Positions 50,646 to 64,000 of a stretch of 64,000 bases of DNA are shown here, in pieces. Origin of the DNA: Parasitella parasitica NRRL 2501 (taxonomy: Eukaryota > Fungi > Mucoromycota); contig MU619263.1 of NCBI GenBank assembly GCA_025201805.1, positions 6,461 to 70,460 on the forward strand. Direction: 5' to 3'. The stretch's first letter is position 1. The number at the start of each line of letters is the position of its first letter. The position numbers were made by a program, and so were the translations under genes. The notes under the pieces are model-generated. The model ran no database searches. It was not told the DNA's origin and worked only from the letters and a program-made list of their open reading frames with translations.

Positions 50646-51694
50646 GTGTAAATCAATTGCGAAGGTTTTGCTGTGATGGTGTAAATAGTGTAGGAATCAG
50701 GTTGTCCAGCAACAAGGTATCGAAAGAATGCAGAAAAAGACAAACAAGAAGAAAAAGAAAGGAAAGAAATGGAAGGATGTCTTGACAATAATAAGAATAA
50801 AGGTGCCAGATCCTGGTTACCATGATTGGGTCTTTATTAAATCCTCTTTGAGGCTCCGAACAGATTAAACAATTTGTTTACTGCTATCAGATTTGTGTTG
50901 CGTATCAGACTTCCCCCCTCATTGTTTGCTCATTCAAAGAACACTTAACAAGCCTTTTTCACTCCTATAAAACAGTTGATAACGTTTTCGATCGCATGAT
51001 AATTAGTACACTTTATTTTTATTTTTATATATGCCAGCTTGTTCTTAATCTTTCTCAAGGATTCGGAAGCCCCTTGATTTCATTCTTTGGTACCACGTCA
51101 AATATAATGTTATATTTTGTGCGCAAAATAAACAATGCTTATGCTGCCGAATGGCTTTCCAAATATTTCAATTTTGCTGATTTTTAATCATGGGTATTAG
51201 TTAGTCAAATAGGTAGTGCAAAGACTATATGATTCAAATGTAAAGCTTTTTTTTTTTTTTTTTTTTTTTGCAAGAGCTCAGATAGAATCTCGTGTGTGTG
51301 TACCATTTGACCAAACCATATGTTGACTATTATTATAAGCCGAAACCATGGTTTTTAGACGTATACAGAAACTAATAAGGGGTGATGATATCTTAAATTA
51401 ACAGCAACATGTTATCAATATAAATAAAAGCGAAACATTTCGTATTGAGCTGACAATCATCGACTGCACTTTTATTTTATAGCTAAAGAATACATCAAGC
51501 ATGCAAAAATGCATACATATATGATTATTGACATGCCTAAATCGAATATCATTAACCTGCTCTTGCCTTATTCGAGGACCATTTTAATGGATTTATTTAG
51601 CTCTACACAATATAGACTCAATAATTTGAATCATAATACCTTCACTGTATGCCCCCCCCCCCTTTAATCAATGTATCTCATCCGTTTCTCTCTG

Positions 51695-51725
<31 letters not shown>

Positions 51726-52211
51726 AAAATTCAAATGCTATGTTGACAACCTAATAATAGTGCACATTGCAGTTGCATATCTTAATCATATACCGTATTT
51801 TGCGACGATATACTTGGTCAAATCAAAACCTCAAGTACATATTTTTAAAGTTAAAAGATAAAATCATTTCAATTGCGATTTTGAATAACTATGTTCAATG
51901 CATTCCAGTAAATTTTTCAAGTGCTGAGCAGAGGACAAAGTCATCAGTCAATCAAACCAATCAAATCGACTAGACACACACACACACAGAATTCTAAATT
52001 ACGTGAAAGTCTTTAATATACCATGGCATGATTTCAAATGATTGTCATTTCCAAAATTTTACCTTATCTGCTAATGAATAAGGCTCTTTCTTTCAGTGTT
52101 GTGCTCAACCAATGGTTAGTCGTAGTTGCCTATCTATTGAGGTCTTGGTAATTAGCCCAGTTTTATTCATATATAAAGATTCATCCGACGCAGACACAGT
52201 AAAAAAAGTGT

Positions 52212-53890
52212 GTGGTGGCAGTCAAAACCACCGTGGAGTCCACATGGTAGCCAAATCATACACAAGCTTTGTATGAGCTACTGAACATAACCAACACACT
52301 AGTAACACACAGATTCCTTTTCAAAAGCGCTTGTTCCTGAAGGAATCAGAAAAAGACTTTAATTTTGACTTGAGCGACTACATAAGAAAAGAGTTTATTG
52401 TAGATGTCTTCTTCAGCCTCATCGTTAGAAACAATAGACCTCGAAGTCTTCTGGGTAGAACCTCGAACTTTAGATCGTTGACTTTAAAACGTAGAGCCCT
52501 ATTGTAGAAGTGCAAGCTATACATCAATCACGGCAGTAAATGCTTAGCACAAAAATCCAAACCGCATACGTTATCAATATCAAGGCTCATTTTGGGAATA
52601 GACAAAGCGCTATTCTTAACAAGCTTTACAAGACCAAGGAACTGGCTACCGAACTAAGTGAAAATTCGAAGAAAAAAGGTGCAGACAAAAAAGCCTTGAA
52701 CAAGGCTTTTAGGGAAAAAGTGTACAATCCTTGTAACCGAGTGAAAAGCGCCGTTGAAAAGAAGGAGATTCCAGACGCTACTATCTTAGACACTTCTGCA
52801 AGAGCAAAGGTCAAAGCCATACTACAGTCATACCCAACAACTACAACTTAGAAAAGGACTCCATATTTTACAACGTAAAATCCAATCCCCAATACCACTA
52901 CAAGGCATTTATGAAAATAGCTGAACTCTGCGGTTCAGAGGGGTTGTGCCAATTTTCTTGTTATCCTTTATGAACCACGTTCATTCCTTGTTATATGATT
53001 TTCGACTACCAAGATTATTCATTGTAAAATCCTAAAGAACAAGGCAGCACCAAAAATTGGCGACAATTCTTAAACCTGGGGCTCTATAGCCGATACAAAC
53101 AGCAAGACTTTCAACAAACAAAGCATAAGCAAGTCAATGCGTTTTGAGGGTACTATCGAGACAGATGGTGCGGGTGTGTCTATAATCAAGCAAAACGCGC
53201 CTACAAATAGAAAAGCGCCACAATCCAAGAGACAAAGCGTGAGGATTCTGAAGATATTGTAAGATACATGGAAATTCTGACTCGGGAAGAGTTAAATGAA
53301 ACCAAGAGTAAGTGTGTCTTGGTGGATCCCGGAAGATGCAACCCAGTTTACTGTATAAAAGAGACAAGCACTGCGCAGAATAAGCTGGTCATGACTTACA
53401 CAATGATAACTAGAACAAAGCCTTCGAGGCATTTCGGAATTCTACAAAGAAGATCAAGCCTGCCTTTGTCCAGTCATCAGAAGCAAAAATTCGCAAAGAC
53501 CAGGTCATCCTCTATCAAGATTGAAGAATACAAAATGAATATCAAGACGAGAGCTTCCGGTTGAAAAGTATCTGCTCATATTATGGAAATGAAACATTGA
53601 TACTTGAGGCATTTATTCGTTGCAAGGATCAAGGGAGGCACTTCCCTCAGCCCGGCCAATCTACTGATTTTGATATGTACGCTACTTACCTGGATCTGAT
53701 GATTAATCAGAGTCATATATTAGAAAGTTTGGATGAAGATGAAAAGGCAAAGTTACTTGAGATTGTAGCAAAAATGACCAAGGAAAATAGGGATCAAAGC
53801 AGCAGGCAAGCCAAACGTTACGAAAGCTACAAGCTTTGCCGTTTCGCAAAGTGAAGTTCTCTTCCCAAATATATCGAACAAAGAGAGACG
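52212..53890 (+). pseudogene. Decayed Fanzor1 (eukaryotic TnpB-derived RuvC nuclease) relic
   Basis: Collinear fragments across several frames: VKTTVESTW..., EFIVDVFFSL, TKIQTAYVINIKAHFGN, FSCYPL*TTFIPCY, MRFEGTIETDGAGVSIIKQN (53137) and RuvC-I-like CVLVDPGR (53325). Many stops and frameshifts; RuvC-II and the Zn finger were not found. Confidence 0.75.
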
Positions 53891-54643
53891 CATGCTTGAC
53901 ATATTTTTCTCAACTTCATATCTCAAAAGAAATCCCTTGTTTAAAGATTATTTCACATCATGACAACATATTTAGTCGAAGAAGCAAATAACGCAGCTGT
54001 TCTAAATAAATCGAATGTACCATATTTTGTGTCGCATCGCAATCTCAACTGATTAGGATAAAATATTGTATTTTGCATTAATTCATGGTTTTCAAACGTT
54101 GATAACTACTGATGTAATCAATACATTGACCAAGTTATCGCAAGCTATTCCGCATAAAACAACTATGGTAGACGTAAAGCATATACGGTATCGAGCATTA
54201 TATTGCCCTTTTATGCGATTAGAATCATAAAAAAAAAGATGTTTTTTTCTTTAGATTTTGTTTTGAAATATACACACCATGTGAATAGTTTCTGACCTGA
54301 AATACGTTGTTTCCATCACATCAATAGGACATTTTATCCTATACCAAAATTTATTATGCCATATAGAACAATAGAATCTATAGAAAAGGGGAAACTGTTG
54401 CACTACACTAAGAAAAAAAGGAGGAGACTGATCTAATAGGCTATTGTTGTTACTCCAATTGATGTTTTTGCATGCTTGTCATAGCTATAAAAACCTTGGT
54501 AAGATCACCAACTTCCTAAATTAGCTTTCACATTCAGAAAAAGTGGCCGTGTGCGTAAAAACCAAAATGCATATATATATGAGGTAGTTATATTCACTTT
54601 CTTTATTGTATATTAGCATATACAGCTTCTTTTATTTGAAAAT

Positions 54644-56346
54644 ATGGATGAGAAAGAAGAGATCAAGTACATAGAGCTTACCAATGAAAAGAATCAGCAA
54701 CTCCATGCCAATTTCGCTGAAAACGATAGCAGTAATGAACCTAAATTGGTCAAATCCCCTGAAGAAGTTGTCTTTCTTCGCAAGTTGAATTGGACTCTTT
54801 TACCATTAATTTTCCTTATAATTTTCATTCAAGTATACATATTTAATTATCCCAGAAAACTGAATTACTGCTAATCTATCTGTATAGTTTTGCGATAAAT
54901 CTGCATTGACGGTGGCCGCAGTTTTGGGCATAATTGAAGACACTGGCATGAGTGGCAGTCAATACAGTTGGTTAGGCTCCATCTTTTATCTAGGTTATTT
55001 GGTTTGTCAGGTACAAAATCTTTTTAGTTTTGAAAAAAGCTGCGACACATTAATTGTATTCATATTGTCAGGTACCAAATAACTACTTGATCCAAAGACT
55101 CCCAATTGGCCGATATCTGGGCTGTGTATTGATCATCTGGGGTTGTGTGATGGGTGCTACTGGTGCCTGTAATACTTTTGGCGAGTTGCTTGCACTGAGA
55201 TTCTTACTTGGTCTTTTTGAAGGTGTCACTTATCCTTGCATCTATATCTTACTGAATACTTTGTATCGTAAATCTGAGCAATCCAGATGCTGGGGATTTG
55301 TTCATGTAGGTACAGGCATGGGCACAGTCTTGGGAGTTGTCATTGCATACGGCCTTGCACATTTAGATGGTGTTCGTGGCCTTCGAGGCTGGCGTTGGTA
55401 ACTAATTTGTTTGATAACCATCCCAAATTTTTTTACTCACTCTATTCATGTAGGGGCTATATTGTCTTTGGTATTGCTACTGTCGTTATTGGCGCACTCA
55501 CCTTTTTCTTCCTGGTAGATGACACTCATCATAAACTTTTAAGACTTACTGAAAAAGAAAAAGAGATTGTGGAAGAAAGATCAAAAGACAATTGCGTTGT
55601 CAGAAACAAAGAGATCAAAAGAGATCAAATGTGGGAAGCTGTTAAAGAACCTCGTCTATGGATCTTGTTTCTAGTCTTTTTGCTGAATAGTCTACAAAAT
55701 GGCGGTCTGATTACGTTCAGCACACTGCTGGTCAAAGGCCTGGGTTTCTCTGTGAGTTTATAAACATCTCAGAGTAACACACAAAATATCCGATACTAAC
55801 ATCCTCCAGTCGCTTAATTCTATTATTCTTCAAATACCCAATGGTGCTGCAGGGGCCATCTTTGCTATGGTTTCCGTAATGATTGCTCACAAGGTCCAAC
55901 GAAATACATTTATAGCCATCGGCACAGCGATCATCTCATTGTTGGGCTGCATTTTGCTAGCCGTTGTTCCTGGTACACCTAAGCTGGTTGGTCTCTATCT
56001 CAGTTGGGCAATGACAGGCACTGGTTCCCTTGCTTTGACTCTTGTTACTAACAATGTGTCTGGTTACACTAAAAAGGTCTTTTATAATGCAGTTCTAATT
56101 GTAGGACAAACCTTTGGCAACTTTATTGGCCCTCTCCTCATGGTAGAGCACCAAGCGCCAACCTATTCAGGCGGTATTATTGCTTTTTGCCTTGCCAATG
56201 CTGTCATAGTTGTTCTGCTAATTACCCTTTATATTATGATGAAGAGAGAAAATAAGCGTCGCCTTGCCAATCCTTCAGATACCAAGACAGATGTTTATTT
56301 GGATTTGACGGATAATCAAGATAAAAACTTTATATATAAATTATGA
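54644..56346 (+). CDS. MFS transporter, anion:cation symporter family (Dal5 allantoate permease-like)
   Basis: LRKLNWTLLP, QYSWLGSIFYLGYL, YLIQRLPIGRYLG, LRFLLGLFE, GLRGWRW, NVSGYTKK, GNFIGP, RENKRR, DLTDNQDKNFIYKL. Confidence 0.93.
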
Positions 56347-56915
56347 TCTCAAGAGTCTATAAATCTCTTTAACAAAAATTGTGAATTTCTCCAAATAAAG
56401 AATCGAACGAGTATGGATGGCAGAATTTTGTTACTAATCTTATCAAACAAAATATTTTTTTGTTGTACCGTAGAGGCTTTCTCTGAGATACTACTCTACG
56501 GTTAGTATCCAAGATATGAGGTTTAGTTGCCCAAAAATGAGTCTATTCAAGAGCAAATTACTAGCTAGGTGCGACATCTAATAATGCACAGAATTAATTT
56601 TATTATATTTTGAAAGATATTAATGAAAAAGCATCTCATAAAGAGGGCTAGCATGAAGAAAGGTGAAATGAAATCAAGTCTTTCGAGTAGATCCAACCAT
56701 TGAGTTTTGTTTGAATCAAATAAATCTGCAAATTACACCACCAACTATGTTCTTAATCTGTGCTGTGCAATGCTCATTTGCGCCATGTTATCATGTTACA
56801 CCCGGGCCGGGACTGGACACTAGAACAAATGTAATAAAATCTCAATGCGGCCCCTTCAAACCAGCGTCGCTTCTTTTCATCTACCTACTTTTCACTTCAC
56901 CAACACATCAGCACC

Positions 56916-57929
56916 ATGACGTCTGTAGCAGATATTTTTGAAGATTATGTAGAAAGTAAGAGCCATTATTATCAGCAAGTTTATGAAAACCAATCGAGTA
57001 ATATTAGGTTTACAAAATTTGCCGTCAGAGATTGATCAAAATATGCACGAGTTACGTAGTATGGACGAAGAATTTCAACGTATTGTGTACATGTGTAGAT
57101 GAGTTAAACGGGTTATTTTGAAACTGAAAAGACGTTTTCAATGATAGGGTTCAGGGAAATCTACTCAAAGCACCGACGTTCATACGCAAAACTATGTAGA
57201 GCTGCCAGCAACACCTCGGCCTCAACTGCTGCTTCTCCAACAACCCCTACTCCTACTACGAGTTTAAGCTCTGCTCGTCTGCAACTAGAAAAAGACTATA
57301 AATTGGCTGTACAAAAGCAAGACCAAAAAATTAATTTAACCAAACGAATGTATGATTTAGTTACTCGACATATTGAACGCATCGATTCTCAAATGGCCAA
57401 AAGCGATATCAGTGATATGGAATGGATGGGAGGAGCAACCAGAAAGAACTTGGCAGAAGATACAAGCTGGATATTTGATCGTAAAAGACCTTCTCCTCAG
57501 GGAGCCATTTCTGTTAGAAAGAGGTTTGTATATGCAATTGAGAGTCATGGCTAAATTTCGATAAATTGAATTGCTTGTAATTCTACTATAGTAGAACCCT
57601 CCATTCGTCCAGACCAAATCCAGCAATAGAGCAAAATGGAGCACTTCCAGAAATTGATATTGATCCAAATGAACCAAAATACTGCTACTGCAACCAGGTC
57701 TCATTTGGGGATATGGTCGCTTGTGATGGAGATAACGTAAAACTTACGAATGCGTACATTTTTATGCCATATGCTGACATTTTTGTGTTTATAGTGTGAA
57801 AAAGAATGGTTTCATTACCCCTGTGTTGGATTAGCTGAACCACCAGTTGGAAAATGGTATTGCGATGATTGTTCAGCAGAAGAAGGATACAGGAAGAAAC
57901 TGAAGCGTTTCACTGAAGAAATGTTCTGA
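56916..57929 (+). CDS. ING-family PHD finger chromatin protein (Yng2/ING4-5-like)
   Basis: N-terminal [22 protein letters not shown]...[12 protein letters not shown], and [25 protein letters not shown]...[21 protein letters not shown]. Confidence 0.93.
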
Positions 57930-58037
57930 GTAAAGAATACCCCCCCCCTCTCTCTCTCAATATATATCTATTGACAATTTTGTATATATATTATATATCA
58001 TAATAAAAAACAAATCTAAATATTCTATTGTAAACCT

Positions 58038-59812
58038 CTACTGCTTGTTTTTCCCATTTTTATCTTGGTCTTGATCCTTTTTCTTGTTTTTTTCATCCTC
58101 ATCATGGCAGATTTTGCCCTTGATTTTGCCAAATGCATTTTTAAAAAAACCACCTCCACCTTCTCCCTCTTTCATATCCTTTTTACTGTCATTATCAGGT
58201 TCATTTTCAGTTGATGGGGATGGTGGTGGTGTATCAGGTGCAACGCGAATCGGAGGTTCTTGTTTTGGTCGATAGTCTTGATCAACTAATGCTGCATATT
58301 CTTGGATGATTTCCTTTTGCTTCCCCTTTAATGACCTAGGGAACTCTACCTTGAGCGTGACGATTTGATCGCCTCGAGCTGAAGTACCGAGTCTTTGAAT
58401 ACCTCGACCTCTTAGAGCAATGTTGTCGCCTGGTTGTGCTCCCGAGGGAACCTTCACATCAACATCTCCATCGACGGTAGGAATACGAATACGGCCTCCC
58501 AGCATGGCTTTGTAGAAAGGAATCTTTGCATCAACAAAAATATCTGAATCTTGTCTGCGGAATGTTTTGGATGCTTGAATATTCAATGTGACGAATAAAT
58601 CGCCACTAGGGCCTTGTCCCTTCAAAGGCGCATCGCCCTCGCCACGGATTTGAATTCTGGAGTTCTGATCTAGACCTGGAGGTACTTCGACTTTAACTGT
58701 CTTTCGCTCTCTTACTCGGCCCATGCTATTACAAGATGCACAGCCACAGCCAGGAGGGATGGATGATCCAGCACCGCCGCATGTTTGACAGGCAGTTTGC
58801 ATATGGTAGCCGCCCATCATGATGGTTTGCACACCAGAACCATGACATGTTTGACAAGTCTGCTTCTTTTTCCCTTCCCCTAAACCACTGCCGTGACATG
58901 TATCGCAGGTTGACACTTTATTGACTTGCACAAATTTAGTTGCACCTTTTACAGCTTCCATAAACGTCAATGTCAGCGGTATTTGCAAATCGTCCCCAGG
59001 CGTAGGTCTATTATGGAAAGGATCTGCACCACCACCAGCTCTGCCTCCAAATCCGCCACCAAAGAATTGACTAAAGATGTCATTAGGGTCGAATCCACCA
59101 GGAAATCCACTTCCACCGCCTCCAAATCCGCCGTAGGGATTGCCTCCTCCCGGCGCACCGCCTTCAAATCCATGGCCAAACTGATCATACTGCTGGCGCT
59201 TTTGCTCATCTGATAAAATTTCGTATGCTTCTTGAATTTGGACAAACTTTTCGCGGGCGTCTTTGTCTTTATTTGTATCAGGGTGGTATTTCTTTGCCAG
59301 CTAAATCATGATGTGTTAGTAAAATTATGCATGAATAGATATGCGATGCAAATAGTTACGCCGTAGTAAGCCTTCTTGATCTCACTTGCAGTTGAGCTCT
59401 TCTTGACGCCCAAAACATCGTAAGGATCCTTCTTTGCCGCTGCTGTAGGTGCTATTACGATCCCAAAGAATTAACTTACATTGACATACCCTGGTATGGC
59501 ATTCTTATTGTGTTACCTGTTGCGTGAATACATCTCTAAAATACAGCGTTAAGGTCTGTCTTCATTTTCGACTGAAATTGTGTCATTTACCTTTTGATAA
59601 ACGTGGTTGACACCGCCTCCTAAAGCAACATGTCCGTCTAATTATTGGTATTAAAATTATGCTTCATGACCATTCACTGTGCCTTATGTACCTCTTCTGA
59701 TAGTGCTTATCAAGCGCTTCGTCAATGGCTTGCTGGCAAATCGCTGCTTTGGCTTCAAAGCTTTTGATATGGTAAAAAATGTAGCTCTACCTATATTAAA
59801 AGTCGAAGCCAT
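58038..59812 (-). CDS. MDJ1: Mitochondrial type I Hsp40/DnaJ
   Basis: Basic presequence, J domain (KDPYDVLGV...LAKKYHPD), G/F region, CxxCxGxG Zn repeats, and C-terminal substrate-binding domain. Confidence 0.93.
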
Positions 59813-59964
59813 AATGAAGGAATAGGGTGAAGAAAGAGAAAAAATTTCGGAGAAACAAGCTCTAGAAACAGGGGAGCTAAATATAATGTCTTAGCAGACT
59901 CTGAAGCACAAAAAAAAACAAGGAGCAAACGACATCGGGATTTATTTAACATAAAAGACAAAAT

Positions 59965-62626
59965 TTAATGATTACTCTGAACAAACTGATTACTACTGTC
60001 GTCGTCAGTATCAGACTCTGACAGCTCATTTTCATCCAGTTCAGTCAATGGCTGAAGAACGTCAAATTCGTATCCTCCCGGTCCAAGCTGTCTGTCTTGG
60101 GTTGTCATGGTGACAGGTGGTTTCCATCCTTGGCGCTTGTAGAGATAGAGCCCTGTTGCTACTCCAAGAATAGCAAATGATCCCACAACACTATACACTG
60201 TCGTCAAATAGCTATGGTCGTCTTTTGATTGCCCGGCTTCGGTCTCGACTTGGTCGTTTTCTTTGGCAGCGGTTTCAGTATCAGTTGCTGTAGCAGCAGG
60301 CGACTTGGGCTTGGGAGATTTACTGCTTTTGATACGAGTTGGTCTTGATGGAGTATCGTCCAACGGTGTGGTAATCGGCTTTATAGTGGAGGAAGTAGGC
60401 GTGATGGGGACTTCGTGTTCATTGTCGTCATGAAAGCCGATGGTCGAATGGATAGGTGTTCCCTCAAATGCCGGATCTTGCTCTCCAAATAATGTCAATG
60501 TCCAATTCAACATGAAGCCCCTTGATTCCGGACTATCAACATCATAGACGTTGAGTGTCCAATTCCCAACAGGGTTCTCTTCCCTATGATAGATGTCAAT
60601 GCCAAAAAAAAAAAAGTGCTTGCATCCTTTATCTCTCGCTTACCAATGCTTCACCGTCATAAATTTCCAGTTTTTCATACCCCCTTCATGTGTATCCAAA
60701 TTGCGTCTAGTTGCCAATTCCGACTTGACGTGATTAGGACTCTCCAGGTCAATGACAATATTGCCACGTCTCTCATGTTCAATGTTTACGGTTGCTGTAA
60801 TGTGCTCCAATCGAAGCAGACCGGCTGCCTTGATCATCTCCTCAGTGACCAAAACCGTATTTTTCAAGGCTCTTCTAGTTTTTAGGCCCGTAGAATCAGG
60901 AATTGCTCTCTTTTTCACTGGGCTGGGCAGTTCTAGCCATGTTTGTTGGTTTACCAGTTCGAACGTCTTTGCTGCTTCGACCAATGCATAAGCATCCAGT
61001 TTACCATATCCAAATCTATGGTTGTATAGTCTTCCGGAAGGCAGTTTTTTCCAGTCGCTGTCGTTTGTATTAACAGGCACTGCTGTTTGAACACACAGGT
61101 GTTGTAAATCTCGCCAGGTTAATTCAGGTCGAACAGATAATACCAGCGCAAAAATACCAACTGCGTTGGGTGCAGCAGCCGATGTGCCACCGTGTCGATC
61201 AGAACAGCTGTTTTCGCCCACATCTGTGGTGTGCTGTTTGTTTGTTTATAACATCACAAAAAAAAAAGGGGAGGGGGAGGAGGAGGATTAATTAAAGTTT
61301 ACAACGAAATGTCTTCCAAACTTACAATAAATTGGCCACCACCACTCGAATAAGTTACTACCAGTTGAGCCGAGCAGCTCTCAGAGTAAGGAGGATGTTC
61401 ATTTCTATGGTCAATGGCTCCCACAGTGATCGTATAGATGCTGTTGGTATATCCATCAAAATTGCAGTTATCACCAGACACTGCACCATTACCTGTGGCA
61501 AATACATAAATCGATCCTTTCCCCCCTCGGCCCTTTTTGATACCGTTGACAAAGGCATCTGCCAAAATACCGTTTGGTGCTTCCATTGTTTGGCCATTGT
61601 CTGGCGGTCCCCATGAGCAGGAGAAAATCATGTTCTTTTGATACTCATAATTGAGTGCAATCGCTTCATCTGCATCAGTCAAATCGCCTGATAAAATACG
61701 TATGCCAGCCACTTTTGCTTCATATGCAATACCCATTCCACACACATCGTTCTTTACAGCAGCTATCTGTCCAGCACACCGAGTTCCATGGCTATCATCC
61801 CATAACTTTGGTGTAGGTAAAGACTCATGATCGTTGAAATCGTAGGAGCCTTCTGCATACTAACAGACGTTCCTAATAAGCATCGGGTTTCCTCGGTTTT
61901 TCCTTCGTCGTACTTACAAAATTATCCGCAAGATCTTTACTTTTGTAATCTAAACCATCATCCAGAATCGCTATATTAATGCCTTTACCAGCGATGCCTA
62001 ACATTGCCACGAAATATATAAGCTATGGTTGAGAACTCGCGAACTGTGAAACCAACCTTGCTTCCAGACTCCTGTTACATTGATATCATTGCCTGGAGTT
62101 TCTGTGTTGATCTATATGTATACAAGTTAGGACCATGTATTACACGCAATTAAAGTTTGTCAGTTACCAAATGCCATTGCTGAGGAAACCAGGGATCTGC
62201 GATACTTAAGGTCTTTTGTGCGTCGATCAGTTGTTTGTCTGCGGGTATTGGCCCACGTTTTGAACGTCGTTTTAAGGCCTGTTTTTCTATAGTCTTCACC
62301 TTCTGCCAGTGGTGAGAAGTGCCGTCTCGTTTTGCAAGTGAATGATACTTGAGTTTATCAAAATTGGCCAATACAGGATCATCTCTCTTCAAGCTTTGAG
62401 GAGAACTGACCATGAACCAAGTCTCTAGTTCGCCCACACTTCCTTCAAACCTCACCTGAAGCTGTTGAGCAATATGCTTTGCTGACTCTAGGCTGCCTTC
62501 AGCAGAGGGTATATTCAGTGTATAGTAATCCCGATTAAGGTCTCTTTTCCCCATATATTTTTGAGCTTGTGCCGGAGTAAAAGTAGCAAACAACGCCACT
62601 GCTGTAAGGCTGAAAAGGTGAACCAT
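59965..62626 (-). CDS. KEX2: Kexin (Kex2) subtilisin-like proprotein convertase
   Basis: Signal peptide, prodomain ending KRRSKR, catalytic ILDDGLD / HGTRCAG / GNG / HGGTSAAAP, P domain (LEHITATVNIEHERRG), S/T region, TM segment, and cytosolic YEFDVL sorting motif. Confidence 0.96.
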
Positions 62627-63425
62627 GATATTACACTCTAATATGAAAAAGAAAAAGCCAAGGAAAAAAGGAAGAAAAAGAAAGATAGGGGCAGCTATAA
62701 AAAATGAAAACCTTCTTATTAAGGTAAAATCCAGTTTTCGCTACTGATTGAGACCCAACAGCGACGCACAATTTATCAATCCGACCATGTACGAAAACAA
62801 AATACGCAAATCAAAGAGTTGCTTTAAAATGTGTTAGATCGGAAAGGCTGTCAACCTAGCCGCTGCTGGTGCAATTGTCAGACAATGTCGCTTGCAATCA
62901 TTCTCGTGGACAAAAGCAGGCAGACCAACATTTACGTTTCTTTCGCTCACGGTATGGGAAAACAGAACGACGATCAATTAGGGCAATCTACCTGCGCTTG
63001 AAAATAAACATCTTTCATTGTTTGCGTGAAATATGTACATACCATGTTCTTCATCATGGCCACCATTTACTTCTAATTAATAAATCACTTGATTGCTCCA
63101 AATATTTCTATGATTGCGAAAAGATGCAGCTACACGGTTGTAAAGTATAGCCGAAAAGAGTACTCTTTTTGATCATCTTTGTATGAAGTGAACACGTATA
63201 TTACTCATCCAACAAATTTAAGAGATGATAGTACATGGGAAAAATAATGCATATATGCAAACGACTCTTTCAAGAAAAGTGAAAAGACCTTTTGTCATCT
63301 ACTAAGTGTCATGAACTTGTAAATAAAGTAGAACCCGACTAGGATGTTTTCTGATACAAAACATTTCATGACTCATTCTATTTATTACCAGAATTACTGG
63401 CGACGATTAACCTTAGATCGACCGA

Positions 63426-63511
63426 CCAGGAATGGTTGCCGTAACAACTGTGCTGAAATGATGGGCAATATTTAACATCAGGTCCGATCCAGGAACGGTT
63501 GTCATGACAAC
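63426..63511. promoter_or_regulatory. Pair of X-box (RFX/Crt1-type) palindromes in a 63-bp-spaced imperfect direct repeat
   Basis: GTTGCCGTAACAAC (63435-63448) and perfect palindrome GTTGTCATGACAAC (63498-63511), each preceded by CCAGGAAYG. Confidence 0.5.
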
Positions 63512-64000
63512 GTAGTCAAAAAGTGGTAGCCATGAATACACCAAATATTACCAAAGATTGTTTCAAATTTATGCTGGTAGTAGTGTTTGACCTGTAAATT
63601 CTCGCTTCTTTAACCATTTTATGTTTTAGGACGACCTACAAATGCTGCAATCAATGTGCCAAGACCATGTAAAAAAAAATTACAGTTGAGCACAAGTATG
63701 TAAGAAATTCATTTGCAACTGAATTTTCTTTATTAAATTGGGCTTTTGTTGTATATTTTCGTTTAAGCTATGCCTTTTTATTATAATATTTTTATTGATG
63801 ATAAATGCAACTAACAATGTATGAGAACATTTTACTCATCATTTTAGTAGCTATTAAACTTTGACAAGATCAAACTCGAGCCCTGATAACCTTATGTGAT
63901 ATTGAATCAGATCGCGATAACTTATAGTCGCCGCCAATTTTTTTTTAAAATGAATTCTTCTTTCTTCTCTTTCGGCTTTCTTCACTTTTTCCTTTTTCTT

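Noticed and set aside
58926-59245. Apparent frameshift in MDJ1 suggested by the ORF track
   Set aside because: The G/F region reads in frame into GDDLQIP; the track simply starts at the first available start codon.
11054-62626. Cell-wall/morphogenesis 'gene cluster' (FAS1, STE12, CHS, GPI protein, RasGEF, KEX2)
   Set aside because: The genes are spread over 50 kb among unrelated housekeeping genes, and there is no evidence of clustering beyond chance without synteny data.
63400-63540. CRISPR-like repeat-spacer pattern
   Set aside because: Only two imperfect copies, in a eukaryotic context with no cas genes.

Overview
Eukaryotic, AT-rich, intron-containing DNA with short GT-AG introns. Gene content and the CYP51 signature point to a Mucorales (Mucoromycota) fungus; this is an inference. 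The window holds about 21 protein-coding genes: CYP51 (F1-type), UBP8, a SWIB protein, a fasciclin, STE12, a PPR protein, a myosin-motor class V chitin synthase, BUD23, SWS2, ROK1, a second chitin-synthase-like gene, a Pcl/Clg1-type cyclin, LUC7, a GPI-anchored Kre9-like protein, a GH35 beta-galactosidase, a RasGEF, a DAL5-type MFS permease, an ING/PHD protein, MDJ1 and KEX2. Mobile DNA consists of a frameshifted Tc1/IS630-type transposon (151-2088, TA target duplication), a solo LTR nested in its right TIR, and a decayed Fanzor1 (eukaryotic TnpB-like RNA-guided nuclease) relic at about 52.2-53.9 kb. The most notable observation is an intact, roughly 1,500-aa chitin synthase homolog about 5 kb from the active myosin-chitin synthase. 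It keeps the nucleotide-sugar-binding motifs but has lost EDR, QRRRW and SWG, and it carries a DEK-C-like tail that its active neighbour lacks, making it a candidate chitin synthase pseudoenzyme or regulatory partner. There are two 180-N assembly gaps. CDS coordinates are gene spans including introns, with exon boundaries read by eye.
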